A stretch of 64,000 nucleotides of DNA. Source: Syntrophorhabdaceae bacterium (lineage in GTDB: Bacteria > Desulfobacterota > Syntrophorhabdia > Syntrophorhabdales > Syntrophorhabdaceae). The stretch's first letter is position 1, and every line of letters begins with the position of its first letter. This document shows positions 51,601 through 60,176 of this stretch, one piece after another. Where the stretch lies: positions 2,816,001-2,880,000 of the forward strand of contig OY762209.1 of the NCBI GenBank assembly GCA_963665295.1, read 5' to 3'. The notes under the pieces were generated by a model, which saw only the letters and a program-made list of their open reading frames with translations, was not told the origin of the DNA and did not search any database. A program made the translations under genes and the position numbers.

Positions 51601-51721
51601 CGAGAAACTCGAACGCACCGCATGGCTCAGAGAATTGAAGGACATAACCCAGATATTTGCCAATGTCGGGTTGGCTGCTTCTACCGTGGCGGTCCTCTAT
51701 AAGACTCTGAAGAACAACTAA
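48671..51721 (+). CDS. Large SLBB-domain polysaccharide export protein (WbfF/OtnA/KpsD-like OPX); start uncertain (frame open from 48563)
   Basis: FGYDFF, DYVIGPGD, repeated V.G.V..PG.Y...L..AGG SLBB units, GD.IVVP; signal-like segment after GTG 48671. Confidence 0.9.
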   Translation: MVKQILLTICVILGVTWALHGYAQQAPVVQGRPQGTNYLGPQSPQPPATVPGNMMPGSPGTVQTVPVQTEVLQKATPEQRKAIEEAGKDKGDLLTPEALEALRVKPEFQGLKPGDIVQGKETLEKKGSAKVAGAGPEKRIPGGEKGEQSNFERARAIGRYQEISTSLKPFGYDFFQDAAVRIIMDRKDIPVPTDYVIGPGDEVKILLWGRVSANYNLTVDRNGNITIPQVGPVPVAGLTFEQMSKHLIKQADQIVGANIDVTMGALKSIPIFVLGDVRRPGAYTIGSFATMTDALLVAGGPSDIGTMRSVQLRRKDKIITTFDFYDLLLKGDKSKDTMLQAGDVVFVPVQGPLVGVAGNVKRPAIYELRGKYDLETLFDLAGGIIPTAYTQQIQIERIVRNERQVVVDVDDRHLKKAKDTRLQDMDLVKVFNIVEKEANTVFLTGNVKKAGKYEYKKGMKIRDLLKDKGDLLSETAMDYALLVRIEPPAFERRLIPFNLEAVLSSGDPAKDFELQPQDHVYVFSKWFFRDRPYITVEGEVRNARTGISERRGPLEGDDPMGGPRKREQVGGENRVKIDLSQNMRVRDAILMAGDVTRDAYLRKGEMLRIDRNRDYSRIYFDVGKAMAGDPESNLLLQDEDRIVVHSIYEFEYKKSVSIDGDVLKPGDYQYLQGLTVKDLVFAAGNIRESAYLDEAEITSQIVEDDKTVKSERRGINLKRALRGDPVDNVVLKPYDRVTVKRLQDWRREQFATVGGEVKFPGRYATRKKERLSSLIERAGGYSDDAYLRGAVFTRVRVRDLQQKGIDEMVTRMEKELLSETSTVDSGSSEGVQAKQVEVVQRQRFIETLRKAKPTGRLTVYLANLRLLKGSDYDIELEAGDELYIPTKSSVVNVAGAVMVNGTFTYGDTLAYEDYVKMAGGYTRYADTSNIFVMKVDGSARKMSSGAVNWNPFRKRWEAAGYGEGRSAIEAGDSIVVPEKLERTAWLRELKDITQIFANVGLAASTVAVLYKTLKNN

Positions 51722-51826
51722 AGGTATATGTGCTATACAACAACTGGCCCCTTACCCGGTCTGAAGGTCTCCGGATGAGATGCCCGGGGAGGGCGCAAGA
51801 AAAAGCAGATAAGCCGGGAAGATGGC

Positions 51827-53959
51827 GTGTTTGACAGGAACTGCCACACTGACCGGCACTCCCCGGCAAGGTCCATATCCCTGCCAACCAGCGTGCCTAC
51901 TCTCGACCTCCCTGGTTTTCTCCTGCTCCTCGTTCTTGCTTTCTTTCTTCTTACTTCACACATCGCCCCGGTCCTTGCGGACGATGATCCATTCATTTCC
52001 CCCGCGAATTGGGGAGGGACGGGGCTCATGGAGATTCCCACGGCAAGGGTAATGAAGGAAAATACATACAGGGTGGGGGCAGCGCAGGTGCGGCCTTACA
52101 GGTACTACTATCTCTGGTTGAGTCCCTTCAAGGGTTTTGAAATAGGCGGAAAGATTACCGAGATCATCGACGTGCCCGCCCTCGGTTCAGGATACGGCAA
52201 CTACAAGGACAAATCGACGGACCTCAAATACAGCCTCCTCGACGAAGGCATGTATGCGCCCGCCATTGCCATTGCGATAAACGACTTTCAGGGCAACAGG
52301 CTCTATGCGTCACAATCCATCGTGATGAGCAAACAAATATACCCTTTTGATTTCACTATAGGAATGGGAAACGGAAGGTTCGGGAAGACACCCTTGCCGA
52401 CGGCCGACGATACGTCCTTTCAGGCCGAGATATTTTCCAATCCGAGAAATTGGTTCCGTGACGCCCAGTTGTTCGGAGGCATCCAGTTCTCGCCGTCAGA
52501 CAAGTACAGCTTCATGGTTGAGTACAGCCCTATTCATTATGAAAGACAGATCCAGGACCCTGCCCAGCCGAAGTATTTCCTGTCTCCCGTTTCATCCCCC
52601 TTCAACTTTGGCTTCAGGTGGAAACCATTTACCTGGGGCGAGATCGATATCAGTTATCAACGGGGGAATGAGATCGGGATAAGCCTTTCAACTGTGTTCA
52701 ATATGGGGAAACCCTTCATCCCTATTTATGATGCACCCTATAACGAAAGAAAAGACGATAAGCTGAATCCCCTGGAAGCGCGATTAGAAAAAGCGCTCCG
52801 TGAGTCCGGCTTCAGGAATATAGGGATCAATGTGGAATGGGATAAGGTGAGCATAGAGGCCGAGAACATGAAGTATTACTATTCGAACAGGGCTATCGGG
52901 GTGATCCTGAGGCTTGTCTCCACGATTACACCCCGTCGCATCCGGAAAATCCAGATAGTCCTTACCCGGTATGGCATACCCCTCATGGAGTTCTCAGCAT
53001 TGAGGGAAGACCTGGAGGATCTCTATGCGGAGAAGCTTACCTGGGGTGACTTTCTGTTCCTGTCCACCATGGATACGAATGTGTATAAGCGCCCGGATGT
53101 GGTGATAAGGGACAAGAGATTCCTCGACTATGGTGTGAAGCCCGCCTTTGAGACGGTTGTTAATGATCAGGACCACTTCTTTATGTACAGGCTTGGCGCA
53201 GAGGGGTGGCTGAACTTTCACCCCTGGCAAGGTCTGTCCCTGATCGCCGCGCTCGCGGGTTATGCGATGAATGATATTAAGTCATCCACTCCTCCTCTTT
53301 CCGACGCGGTGAGAAGTGACATATTTCTCTACAAAGAAAAGAACATGAACCTGACGCGCCTCCTGGCCGACCAGATTTACAAGGCAGACCATCAGGTGTA
53401 TTCGAGACTGGCGGCAGGGCTTCTGGAGATCGAGTACGCGGGCTTTGATGGTGAGGTTGCGATGCCGCTCTTTAATGGCAGAATCCTTGTGGGTTTGGAG
53501 GGGAGTGCGGTAAGAAAACGGGACCCGGACAGTGCTCTGAAGCTGAAGGCCGACAACACGAAAGTGTATAATACACAGTTCTTCAATACCCGTCTCAATA
53601 TGCCTGAACTTAATATGTGGCTCGATGTGAAAACGGGGAGGTTTCTGGCGGGTGACTACGGGTCTGTTGTGACCCTGTCAAAGAGTATAAACGGCCTCAC
53701 CCTTTTTGCGTGGTACAGTTTTACGAATACCAACATGATGAGCGACCCCGACAATAGAGGATATAACGATAAGGGCATCGGCTTGTCGCTTCCCATGAGG
53801 CTCTTTGACGGAACCGACTCAAAGACAACGTACAATTACGCGGTCTCTCCATGGACAAGAGATGTTGCCCAGGATATCGATCACTTCAATGGCCTCTTTG
53901 ATTTCATCGGGAGAAACCTGAAAGTTTACTGGGACAGGGATGAGAAGGAAATGAAGTAA
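51827..53959 (+). CDS. yjbH: YjbH/GfcD/WbfB-family outer-membrane protein
   Basis: G.TGLME.PTAR, YKDKS.D.K, P.IAI...DF.G, G.LE..Y.G, GRFLAGDYG, KGI..S.P, PWTRD..Q. Confidence 0.85.
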   Translation: MFDRNCHTDRHSPARSISLPTSVPTLDLPGFLLLLVLAFFLLTSHIAPVLADDDPFISPANWGGTGLMEIPTARVMKENTYRVGAAQVRPYRYYYLWLSPFKGFEIGGKITEIIDVPALGSGYGNYKDKSTDLKYSLLDEGMYAPAIAIAINDFQGNRLYASQSIVMSKQIYPFDFTIGMGNGRFGKTPLPTADDTSFQAEIFSNPRNWFRDAQLFGGIQFSPSDKYSFMVEYSPIHYERQIQDPAQPKYFLSPVSSPFNFGFRWKPFTWGEIDISYQRGNEIGISLSTVFNMGKPFIPIYDAPYNERKDDKLNPLEARLEKALRESGFRNIGINVEWDKVSIEAENMKYYYSNRAIGVILRLVSTITPRRIRKIQIVLTRYGIPLMEFSALREDLEDLYAEKLTWGDFLFLSTMDTNVYKRPDVVIRDKRFLDYGVKPAFETVVNDQDHFFMYRLGAEGWLNFHPWQGLSLIAALAGYAMNDIKSSTPPLSDAVRSDIFLYKEKNMNLTRLLADQIYKADHQVYSRLAAGLLEIEYAGFDGEVAMPLFNGRILVGLEGSAVRKRDPDSALKLKADNTKVYNTQFFNTRLNMPELNMWLDVKTGRFLAGDYGSVVTLSKSINGLTLFAWYSFTNTNMMSDPDNRGYNDKGIGLSLPMRLFDGTDSKTTYNYAVSPWTRDVAQDIDHFNGLFDFIGRNLKVYWDRDEKEMK

Positions 53960-54073
53960 GAGATATCCGGGGAGGGACACGGAAGGCACCGGAGGCATGC
54001 TTGCCGCCTGCAATTTCGAGAATGATTGATACATACGTGATTTATCGATAGCCATGGAGAAAGGTTCACGTAG

Positions 54074-55306
54074 TTGAACAGAGAGCAGGCAGATCGACTA
54101 TTGCTGACTTGTCTAAGAGCGGACAGGCGGGACGAGACGATCCGTGCCTTGAGTACTTTGGCTGAGAACGACTGGGAAAGTCTGCTTGGCGCAGCCCGAC
54201 GCCATGGGCTTTCCCCTTTGTTTTATGATGCGCTACGACCAGCAAAGGCCCATCTCGTTCTCCCGGTCGGCATCGAGGAACGGCTGAAAAGGGCCTATCT
54301 GGGTTCAGCTGCACGGAACATGCGACTATATCGGGAATTGTCGCATGTTCTGCGAGGCTTGAATGATGAAGACATCCCCGTCATCCTCCTAAAAGGTGCA
54401 CATCTCGCAGAGGGGGTGTATGGCAACATCGCCCTCAGACCCATGGGGGATGTGGACATCCTGGTGAAAAAAAGCAATCTGGAAAGAGCCGGCGACGTAC
54501 TGATCGGACATGGCTATACCGACGTGCCGCTGGGGGTGGGCGTACCGAAGCCCCCCCAGCATCTCGCCCCTTTTGTGAAAAAAGGTGAACCCGCGATTGA
54601 GCTTCACTTCAACATCATCGAACCTCCCTATGCCCTCCGATTTGATATGGAAGGAATATGGAGCCGAGCCTCGAAGGTGTCGGTCCTCGGGACTCAGGCA
54701 CTTGTTCTGTGTCCCGAGGACCTGTTGATTCACCTGGGGACCCATGCCTGCATAAGTCACGGGTTTAATAATGGCATAAGGTTTCTCCTCGATATATCCC
54801 GAACAATCTCCCGTTACGAAAAGGAACTTCGCTGGGAACAATTGTTGAGCCAGAGTAATGATTGGGGCATAGACAGAGGCCTTTACCTTGCTTTCAGGCT
54901 CTCCGCCAAATATACAGGCATAACTGTTCCTGAACATGTCATGAATAGGCTGTTTCCTTCATGCGATGACGCAGATGCAGTCGCCCTCGCCGAGGAATTG
55001 ATGCTTGGAGAGACTACGGTAAACCCCAACGTCGCCAAACTTTTCGGCAACCAGGACTTCTCCGGCAAGCTGATCTACCTCGCCCGTAACGTCTTTCCGT
55101 CAAAGGCAGAGATAGATCCTCTATCGACAGACAAATTGACATGGCCCGCTCTCTGTAAATTCTACTATTGTCGCATTACGGGGCTTGTTGAAAGGCATTG
55201 GGAAACCGTATGGCACCTTTTCGTACGGGACAAGAAACTCACCGGACTAGCACAGATTGAACACAAAAGGAATCAGCTCAAGGACTGGCTGGTCAAGGAC
55301 ACCTGA
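54074..55306 (+). CDS. Nucleotidyltransferase family protein (NTP_transf_5-like)
   Basis: LLKG..LA..VY....LRPMGDVDILV, IELH, H...H. Confidence 0.85.
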   Translation: MNREQADRLLLTCLRADRRDETIRALSTLAENDWESLLGAARRHGLSPLFYDALRPAKAHLVLPVGIEERLKRAYLGSAARNMRLYRELSHVLRGLNDEDIPVILLKGAHLAEGVYGNIALRPMGDVDILVKKSNLERAGDVLIGHGYTDVPLGVGVPKPPQHLAPFVKKGEPAIELHFNIIEPPYALRFDMEGIWSRASKVSVLGTQALVLCPEDLLIHLGTHACISHGFNNGIRFLLDISRTISRYEKELRWEQLLSQSNDWGIDRGLYLAFRLSAKYTGITVPEHVMNRLFPSCDDADAVALAEELMLGETTVNPNVAKLFGNQDFSGKLIYLARNVFPSKAEIDPLSTDKLTWPALCKFYYCRITGLVERHWETVWHLFVRDKKLTGLAQIEHKRNQLKDWLVKDT

Positions 55307-55449
55307 CTTTGTGTGCGGACGGGCAGAGCCCCGCAGGGGACCGGAGAGGCTCGGTTGCCATGATGATTTCTCTGGAAAAGACGGCTGGGAAAAGGTTATA
55401 ATGACCCACTTTAATGCGCCCATCCCGGCGCGAAGAGGAGGTGTTCCCC

Positions 55450-56160
55450 ATGGACATAAGGGCTATACAGCAGATCTGTTACGGGGTCTACATTATCAGT
55501 TCGAGGAAAGGCGATAGGTTCAACGGCCAGATTGCGAACACCGTGTTCCAGATTACGTCGGACCCCCCCACAGTGGCGGTGAGCGTAAACAAGCAGAACC
55601 TGACCCACGATTTCATTGAGAACAGTAAAGTTTTCTCCATTTCTGTTCTGTCTAAAGAAACACCCATGCCCTTCATCGGTCTTTTCGGCTTCAAATCAGG
55701 CAGGGAAATCGACAAATTCAGCGGCATGAATTTCCGGGTGGGTGATACGGGCGCGCCGATTGTGCTTGACAATACCGCAGGTTATATGGAGTGCGAGGTC
55801 GTGAGTTCGAGCGACGTGGGAACCCATACGATTTTTGTGGGGAGAGTAGTGGGTTGTGAAATGCTTAGCGATGTTCCGCCCATGACATATGCCTATTACC
55901 GCGAAATTAAAGGCGGAAAATCTCCGAAGACCGCCCCTACCTACGTGGCGACCGCCGGCTCGACAGAGAAGGCCGGGACATCCGGTGAACCGGAAAAGGC
56001 GGCGGTTTCGTACAGGTGCACCGTATGTGGATATGTCTATGACCCCGCAGCGGGTGATCCGGACAACGGCATCAAGGCGGGTACGCCATTTGAAGAACTG
56101 CCCGATACATGGGTATGCCCGGTCTGCGGCGCCCCGAAGGCGGAATTCGAAAGAACATAA
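55450..56160 (+). CDS. Flavin reductase-rubredoxin fusion (high-molecular-weight rubredoxin)
   Basis: YG.YI, NGQIANT, GTHTIF; C-terminal [13 protein letters not shown]....PD.W.CPVCG. Confidence 0.92.
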   Translation: MDIRAIQQICYGVYIISSRKGDRFNGQIANTVFQITSDPPTVAVSVNKQNLTHDFIENSKVFSISVLSKETPMPFIGLFGFKSGREIDKFSGMNFRVGDTGAPIVLDNTAGYMECEVVSSSDVGTHTIFVGRVVGCEMLSDVPPMTYAYYREIKGGKSPKTAPTYVATAGSTEKAGTSGEPEKAAVSYRCTVCGYVYDPAAGDPDNGIKAGTPFEELPDTWVCPVCGAPKAEFERT

Positions 56161-56174
56161 GGGGGCGAGGGAAT

Positions 56175-57068
56175 ATGACTAAAGCGCTTTCACAGACCGA
56201 TTTCACGGATATAGGTGTTCCGAAAAGGGGTAAGGTAAGAGACATATACGATCTCGGCGACTCTCTCCTGATCATAGCGACCGACAGGCTGTCGGCTTTT
56301 GATGTGGTCCTCCCTACGGGGATTGAGGACAAGGGCAAAGTCCTTACGAAGCTTTCCGTATTCTGGTTCCGGGAAATGGAAAGCGTCATCGGGAACCACC
56401 TTCTTGAAATCTCGGTGGACCGTTTCCCAGAGCGCCTCAGGAAATACGGTGATGTGCTCAGGGACAGGAGTATGATTGTGAAGAAGGCGAAACCTTTCCC
56501 GGTGGAATGCGTGGTGAGGGGTTATCTTGCAGGATCGGGCTGGAAGGACTACCGTGAGACGGGGGCCGTGTGCGGAATAACGCTGCCCGAGGGACTACTC
56601 GAATCCTCGAAGCTTGCGGAGCCTATTTTTACTCCCACCACAAAGGCTGAGGAAGGCCATGACATGAATATTTCCTTCGAGGAAATGTGCCGTATCATAG
56701 GTGAAGATTTCGCAGCCAGACTACGGGATGTGAGCGTCAGGATTTACGAGAGGGCGTCTGCCGTCGCAGAGGAGCGCGGAATTATCGTGGCGGACACCAA
56801 ATTTGAATTTGGTCTCCTCGATGAAGAACTCATAGTGATAGACGAGGTGCTGACCCCGGATTCATCGCGGTTCTGGGCCAGGGCGACCTATGAGCCGGGC
56901 AAGGGGCAGGACAGCTATGATAAACAAATCGTTCGGGATTATCTGAACACCCTGGACTGGGACAAGCAGTATCCCGGACCTGAGTTGCCCCGGGACGTGG
57001 TCGACAAGACCAGAGCCAGGTATGTTGAGATTCTGCGGATATTGACAGGCGAGGGCGTTGAGGGCTGA
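56175..57068 (+). CDS. purC: SAICAR synthetase
   Basis: GKVRDIY, TDRLSAFD, ECVVRGYL.GSGW, DTKFEFG, DEVLTPDSSRFW. Confidence 0.97.
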   Translation: MTKALSQTDFTDIGVPKRGKVRDIYDLGDSLLIIATDRLSAFDVVLPTGIEDKGKVLTKLSVFWFREMESVIGNHLLEISVDRFPERLRKYGDVLRDRSMIVKKAKPFPVECVVRGYLAGSGWKDYRETGAVCGITLPEGLLESSKLAEPIFTPTTKAEEGHDMNISFEEMCRIIGEDFAARLRDVSVRIYERASAVAEERGIIVADTKFEFGLLDEELIVIDEVLTPDSSRFWARATYEPGKGQDSYDKQIVRDYLNTLDWDKQYPGPELPRDVVDKTRARYVEILRILTGEGVEG

Positions 57069-57079
57069 CGAGATTCCTG

Positions 57080-57108
57080 TTGAAATAGGCGCCAAAAATC
57101 GCTATAAT
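57080..57108 (+). promoter_or_regulatory. Sigma70 promoter TTGAAA-N17-TATAAT for the tRNA
   Basis: Near-consensus hexamers, 17-nt spacer, 12 nt upstream of the tRNA. Confidence 0.75.
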
Positions 57109-57120
57109 CATAACCATCGT

Positions 57121-57194
57121 GCCCCCGTAGCTCAGGTGGATAGAGCAATGGTTTCCTAAACCATGTGCCGCATGTTCGAGTCATGCCGGGGGCA
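57121..57194 (+). tRNA. tRNA-Arg (anticodon CCT); CCA not encoded
   Basis: Acceptor GCCCCCG/CGGGGGC, D arm GCTC..GAGC, anticodon arm ATGGT-TTCCTAA-ACCAT, T loop TTCGAGT. Confidence 0.95.
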
Positions 57195-57387
57195 TATTTC
57201 ACTTGTTTGATGGTGTAGCGTGGTTTTTAATGATGTGTTTCAATCCAGAGTGCTTTACTTGGAGAAGCGGTTGTCGCAAGCGGTATTATCTAAAAAATTA
57301 GCTTGACAAAGGGTGGCGTTTCGGTTTACTTAATTGACGTACTTAGTGCAGTCTCAGCTCTAGAACCATACAAAGGAGGAGTAAAAA

Positions 57388-57696
57388 ATGTTTAAGACTT
57401 TTGGGGGGAACAGAATTATCGGGTTGGTCGCAATCATTTTTTTCGCAGCGGTATTTATAGTCCCTTCAGTGGGTTTTGCGGCTGACGACAAAGACGACGA
57501 CAATAAAAAAGCAGCTGCAGTGGGGGCAGTGGGCACCACGGGCGCGGCAGCAGGCGTCGGTGCGGCAGCAGGCGTCGGTGCGGGTACGATCGCGGGTGTT
57601 GCCGCAGGCGTAGCGGCGGTTGCGGCAGGCGTAGCGGCGGCAGCAGGTGGTGGCGGTGGTGGCGGTGGTGGCATAACCCCTACGCATCATCACTAA
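57388..57696 (+). CDS. Small secreted Gly/Ala/Val-rich protein, YjbE/GfcA-like
   Basis: AAGGAGGAG RBS, signal peptide, GAAAGV repeats, poly-Gly, C-terminal TPTHHH; own terminator. Confidence 0.75.
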   Translation: MFKTFGGNRIIGLVAIIFFAAVFIVPSVGFAADDKDDDNKKAAAVGAVGTTGAAAGVGAAAGVGAGTIAGVAAGVAAVAAGVAAAAGGGGGGGGGITPTHHH

Positions 57697-57717
57697 GATT
57701 TATTACCTCGAAAAATC

Positions 57718-57752
57718 AGGCTGGAAGGGTCACCTTCCAGCCTTAGCTTTTT
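57718..57752 (+). terminator. Intrinsic terminator
   Basis: AGGCTGGAAGG-gtca-CCTTCCAGCCT (11-bp stem) followed by tagcttttt. Confidence 0.8.
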
Positions 57753-58271
57753 ATGAAAAAGGAGATCCTTATCAAAGTCTTAGCTATATTCCTGCTTGTG
57801 TTGTCTTTGTGCGGGAGCGTTCATGCCGCCGGGCCCGATCCGGAGGTGGAGATGATTCTCAGTTCCGCTGAGTCACTCTTCAAGGCGATGAAAGCTAGGA
57901 ACTACAAGGGGGTCTGGGACCTGCTGACAGTTAAATCCAAGGACGAAATAGTCAAAGAGAGCTACAAAGCGATAGCCCGGTTCAATGCTGCGGCGAAATC
58001 GGGGAACTCTGTTTCGAAGGCGGAGATTGAGGCGGACCTTGGATCGGGCGGGATAATGTCGAAGGCGTACTGGGATGGATATCTCGAGAATTTCAACCCT
58101 GATCTGGTGCTGGAACAGAGCACATGGACCATGGGCAAGATCGAGGGGAACGAGGCCGAAGTGGTGATTCACTACAAGAAGGCCGAAAAGCCTGCACTTG
58201 TACAGATGAAGAAAGAAGGCGGAAAGTGGAAAGTGGGCCTTATGGAGACTTTCAGCTTTTCCAGGCGTTGA
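57753..58271 (+). CDS. Hypothetical exported protein (NTF2/DUF4878-like)
   Basis: Signal peptide ending VHA; F.A....Y...W.LL and KEGGKWKV pattern. Confidence 0.7.
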   Translation: MKKEILIKVLAIFLLVLSLCGSVHAAGPDPEVEMILSSAESLFKAMKARNYKGVWDLLTVKSKDEIVKESYKAIARFNAAAKSGNSVSKAEIEADLGSGGIMSKAYWDGYLENFNPDLVLEQSTWTMGKIEGNEAEVVIHYKKAEKPALVQMKKEGGKWKVGLMETFSFSRR

Positions 58272-58346
58272 TTTGACCGATCCGCGTACCGTGGGCCGCG
58301 AGGACCGTCGGTGACGTGAGGCGGTCGTTTTGGGGGCTTTGTAAAC

Positions 58347-58613
58347 TCACAGTGTCATGAGCACAAGCTCATGGCAGTTGAGTTCCTCGTATATAGTGTC
58401 CAACTGGCTGCGACTCCGGGCAAGAAAGGTGGCGGTTACGGAGAGATACCTGCCTCCGGAACTGGTCCGGGTAAAGTATTTCACCTCGTCGGTTTCAGCA
58501 AGGTGTTTTTCAATTATTGCGCTCACCACCGCGTGAAACTCGTTCGTGTTTTTTCCTACCGCCTTGAGGGGGTATGGGCAGGGAAACCGGAAGGGTCCCG
58601 CATCATCCTTCAT
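58347..58613 (-). CDS. YbeD/DUF493 family protein
   Basis: FPC.YP.K.VG, S..G.Y.SVT, QLD.IY.EL. Confidence 0.88.
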   Translation of the reverse strand: MKDDAGPFRFPCPYPLKAVGKNTNEFHAVVSAIIEKHLAETDEVKYFTRTSSGGRYLSVTATFLARSRSQLDTIYEELNCHELVLMTL

Positions 58614-58876
58614 CGCACTCACCCTATTCGACCTTCCGTATCGCCAATCGGTTCAGCCATCTCATGTTGCTTCCTTCTCCTCGTACTCATTCCCTTATGG
58701 TGCAGCAGGAATGTAATAGCATACTCCATCAGAAGTGAATGTCAAGGGTGACCGGCTCCCTGCATAGAGAAGCATCCGGGCATCGCATTTTTCCTTTTGT
58801 AAATTTGCGACGCATGGTGTATCCTGCAATTCTAGAAGGGGAATAAGAGAGGCTCTCGACAAAAACGGGGTGAACC

Positions 58877-60175
58877 ATGAATAAGGACAGACAGGGTGGT
58901 CGTTTCTTCTATGGTTGGTACATTGTAGCTGCTTCTTTCATGATCCTTTTTTTCAACTCAGGGGCCCGGTACGCCTTCGGGGTGATGTTCAAGCCGATAG
59001 TCAATGAATTCGGCTGGGGACGCGGAGTCGTTTCATTGGTCTTTTTTGTAAACATGGTGGTATTCGCCATTTCTCTCTTTGTTGTGGGTAAACTTTATGA
59101 CAGGTATGGTCCCAAGTGGGTCATCATCATATCGACTCTGTTCATCTCCGCAGGCTTCGTGCTCACCTCATTCATGCATAGCATTGGTCAATTCTTCTTC
59201 TCTTACGGGATTCTGGCAGCCTTCGGCATCGCAGGGACCGCGGTGCCTCTCATGGCAACCCTTACGAGTAAGTGGTTCGATAAATGGCGCGGCATGGCGA
59301 TCAGCCTCTCTTTGTCGGGAAACTCCATAGGTCAGTTCGTTCTTGTTCCGCTCATGAGTCTCTTTGCCCTCAACTTCGGATGGAGGGCTTCCTATCTCAC
59401 CATCGGGATCGTCATGGCGGTGGTGAATATACTTCTCACTCTACTCATTATCAAGGGAGACCCCCGCCACCTGGGTCTGAAACCTTTTGGCTACAAGGAA
59501 AGGGAGAACCCGGAAAATGTGACGAAAGGGCCGGCACCGACCGCGGGCGCATATCCGGAGGACATGGGGCTGAGGCAGGCGATGGGCACCCCCTCCTTCT
59601 GGATATTCACGGGGGTCATGTTTATTTGCGGGGGAGGCGACTACGTGGCGACCACTCACTTGATACCGCTGGCTACGGATTACGGCATCCCCGCCATCAC
59701 TGCGGGGAATATGCTGGGTTTATACGGCCTCATGAGCCTTGCGGGCGTGCTCATCGCCGGCCCCGCGGCAGACATGATCGGGAATAAGATCCCCATAATC
59801 CTCACGTTCGTTCTCAGGGTTGTTCTGTACCTGATCATCCTCAAATACAAGACTGTGACGGCCCTGTACGTATTTGCCCTGGCATTCGGTTTCACTCACC
59901 TGGTGACTGCTCCTCTCACGCCTATGCTTGTAGGCAAGCTCTATGGGGTCATGCACCTGGGAATTCTCACGGGTATTGTGAATACGTCCCATTTTCTGGG
60001 CGCAGGTTTCTGGTCCTACATGGCGGGGGTTATTTTCGACCTCACAGGCAGCTATCAGATGGCTTTCGTCCTTCTTGCGGTTATGGCGCTGATCGCAGCC
60101 CTGGCAATGATTTTCCTCAAAGAGAAGCGGCATGTAATTCCCTTGAGGCCGGTAAGACAGGGACAGGAGGCGTAA
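58877..60175 (+). CDS. MFS transporter (monocarboxylate/OFA-like)
   Basis: FYGWYIV, G.L.DRYGP, WF...RG.A, D.TGSY; 12 TMs. Confidence 0.9.
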   Translation: MNKDRQGGRFFYGWYIVAASFMILFFNSGARYAFGVMFKPIVNEFGWGRGVVSLVFFVNMVVFAISLFVVGKLYDRYGPKWVIIISTLFISAGFVLTSFMHSIGQFFFSYGILAAFGIAGTAVPLMATLTSKWFDKWRGMAISLSLSGNSIGQFVLVPLMSLFALNFGWRASYLTIGIVMAVVNILLTLLIIKGDPRHLGLKPFGYKERENPENVTKGPAPTAGAYPEDMGLRQAMGTPSFWIFTGVMFICGGGDYVATTHLIPLATDYGIPAITAGNMLGLYGLMSLAGVLIAGPAADMIGNKIPIILTFVLRVVLYLIILKYKTVTALYVFALAFGFTHLVTAPLTPMLVGKLYGVMHLGILTGIVNTSHFLGAGFWSYMAGVIFDLTGSYQMAFVLLAVMALIAALAMIFLKEKRHVIPLRPVRQGQEA

Positions 60176-60176
60176 G

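Noticed and set aside
57121..57300. tRNA-Arg as an integration site for a genomic island
   Set aside because: No duplicated tRNA 3' end and no integrase or transposase seen in the window
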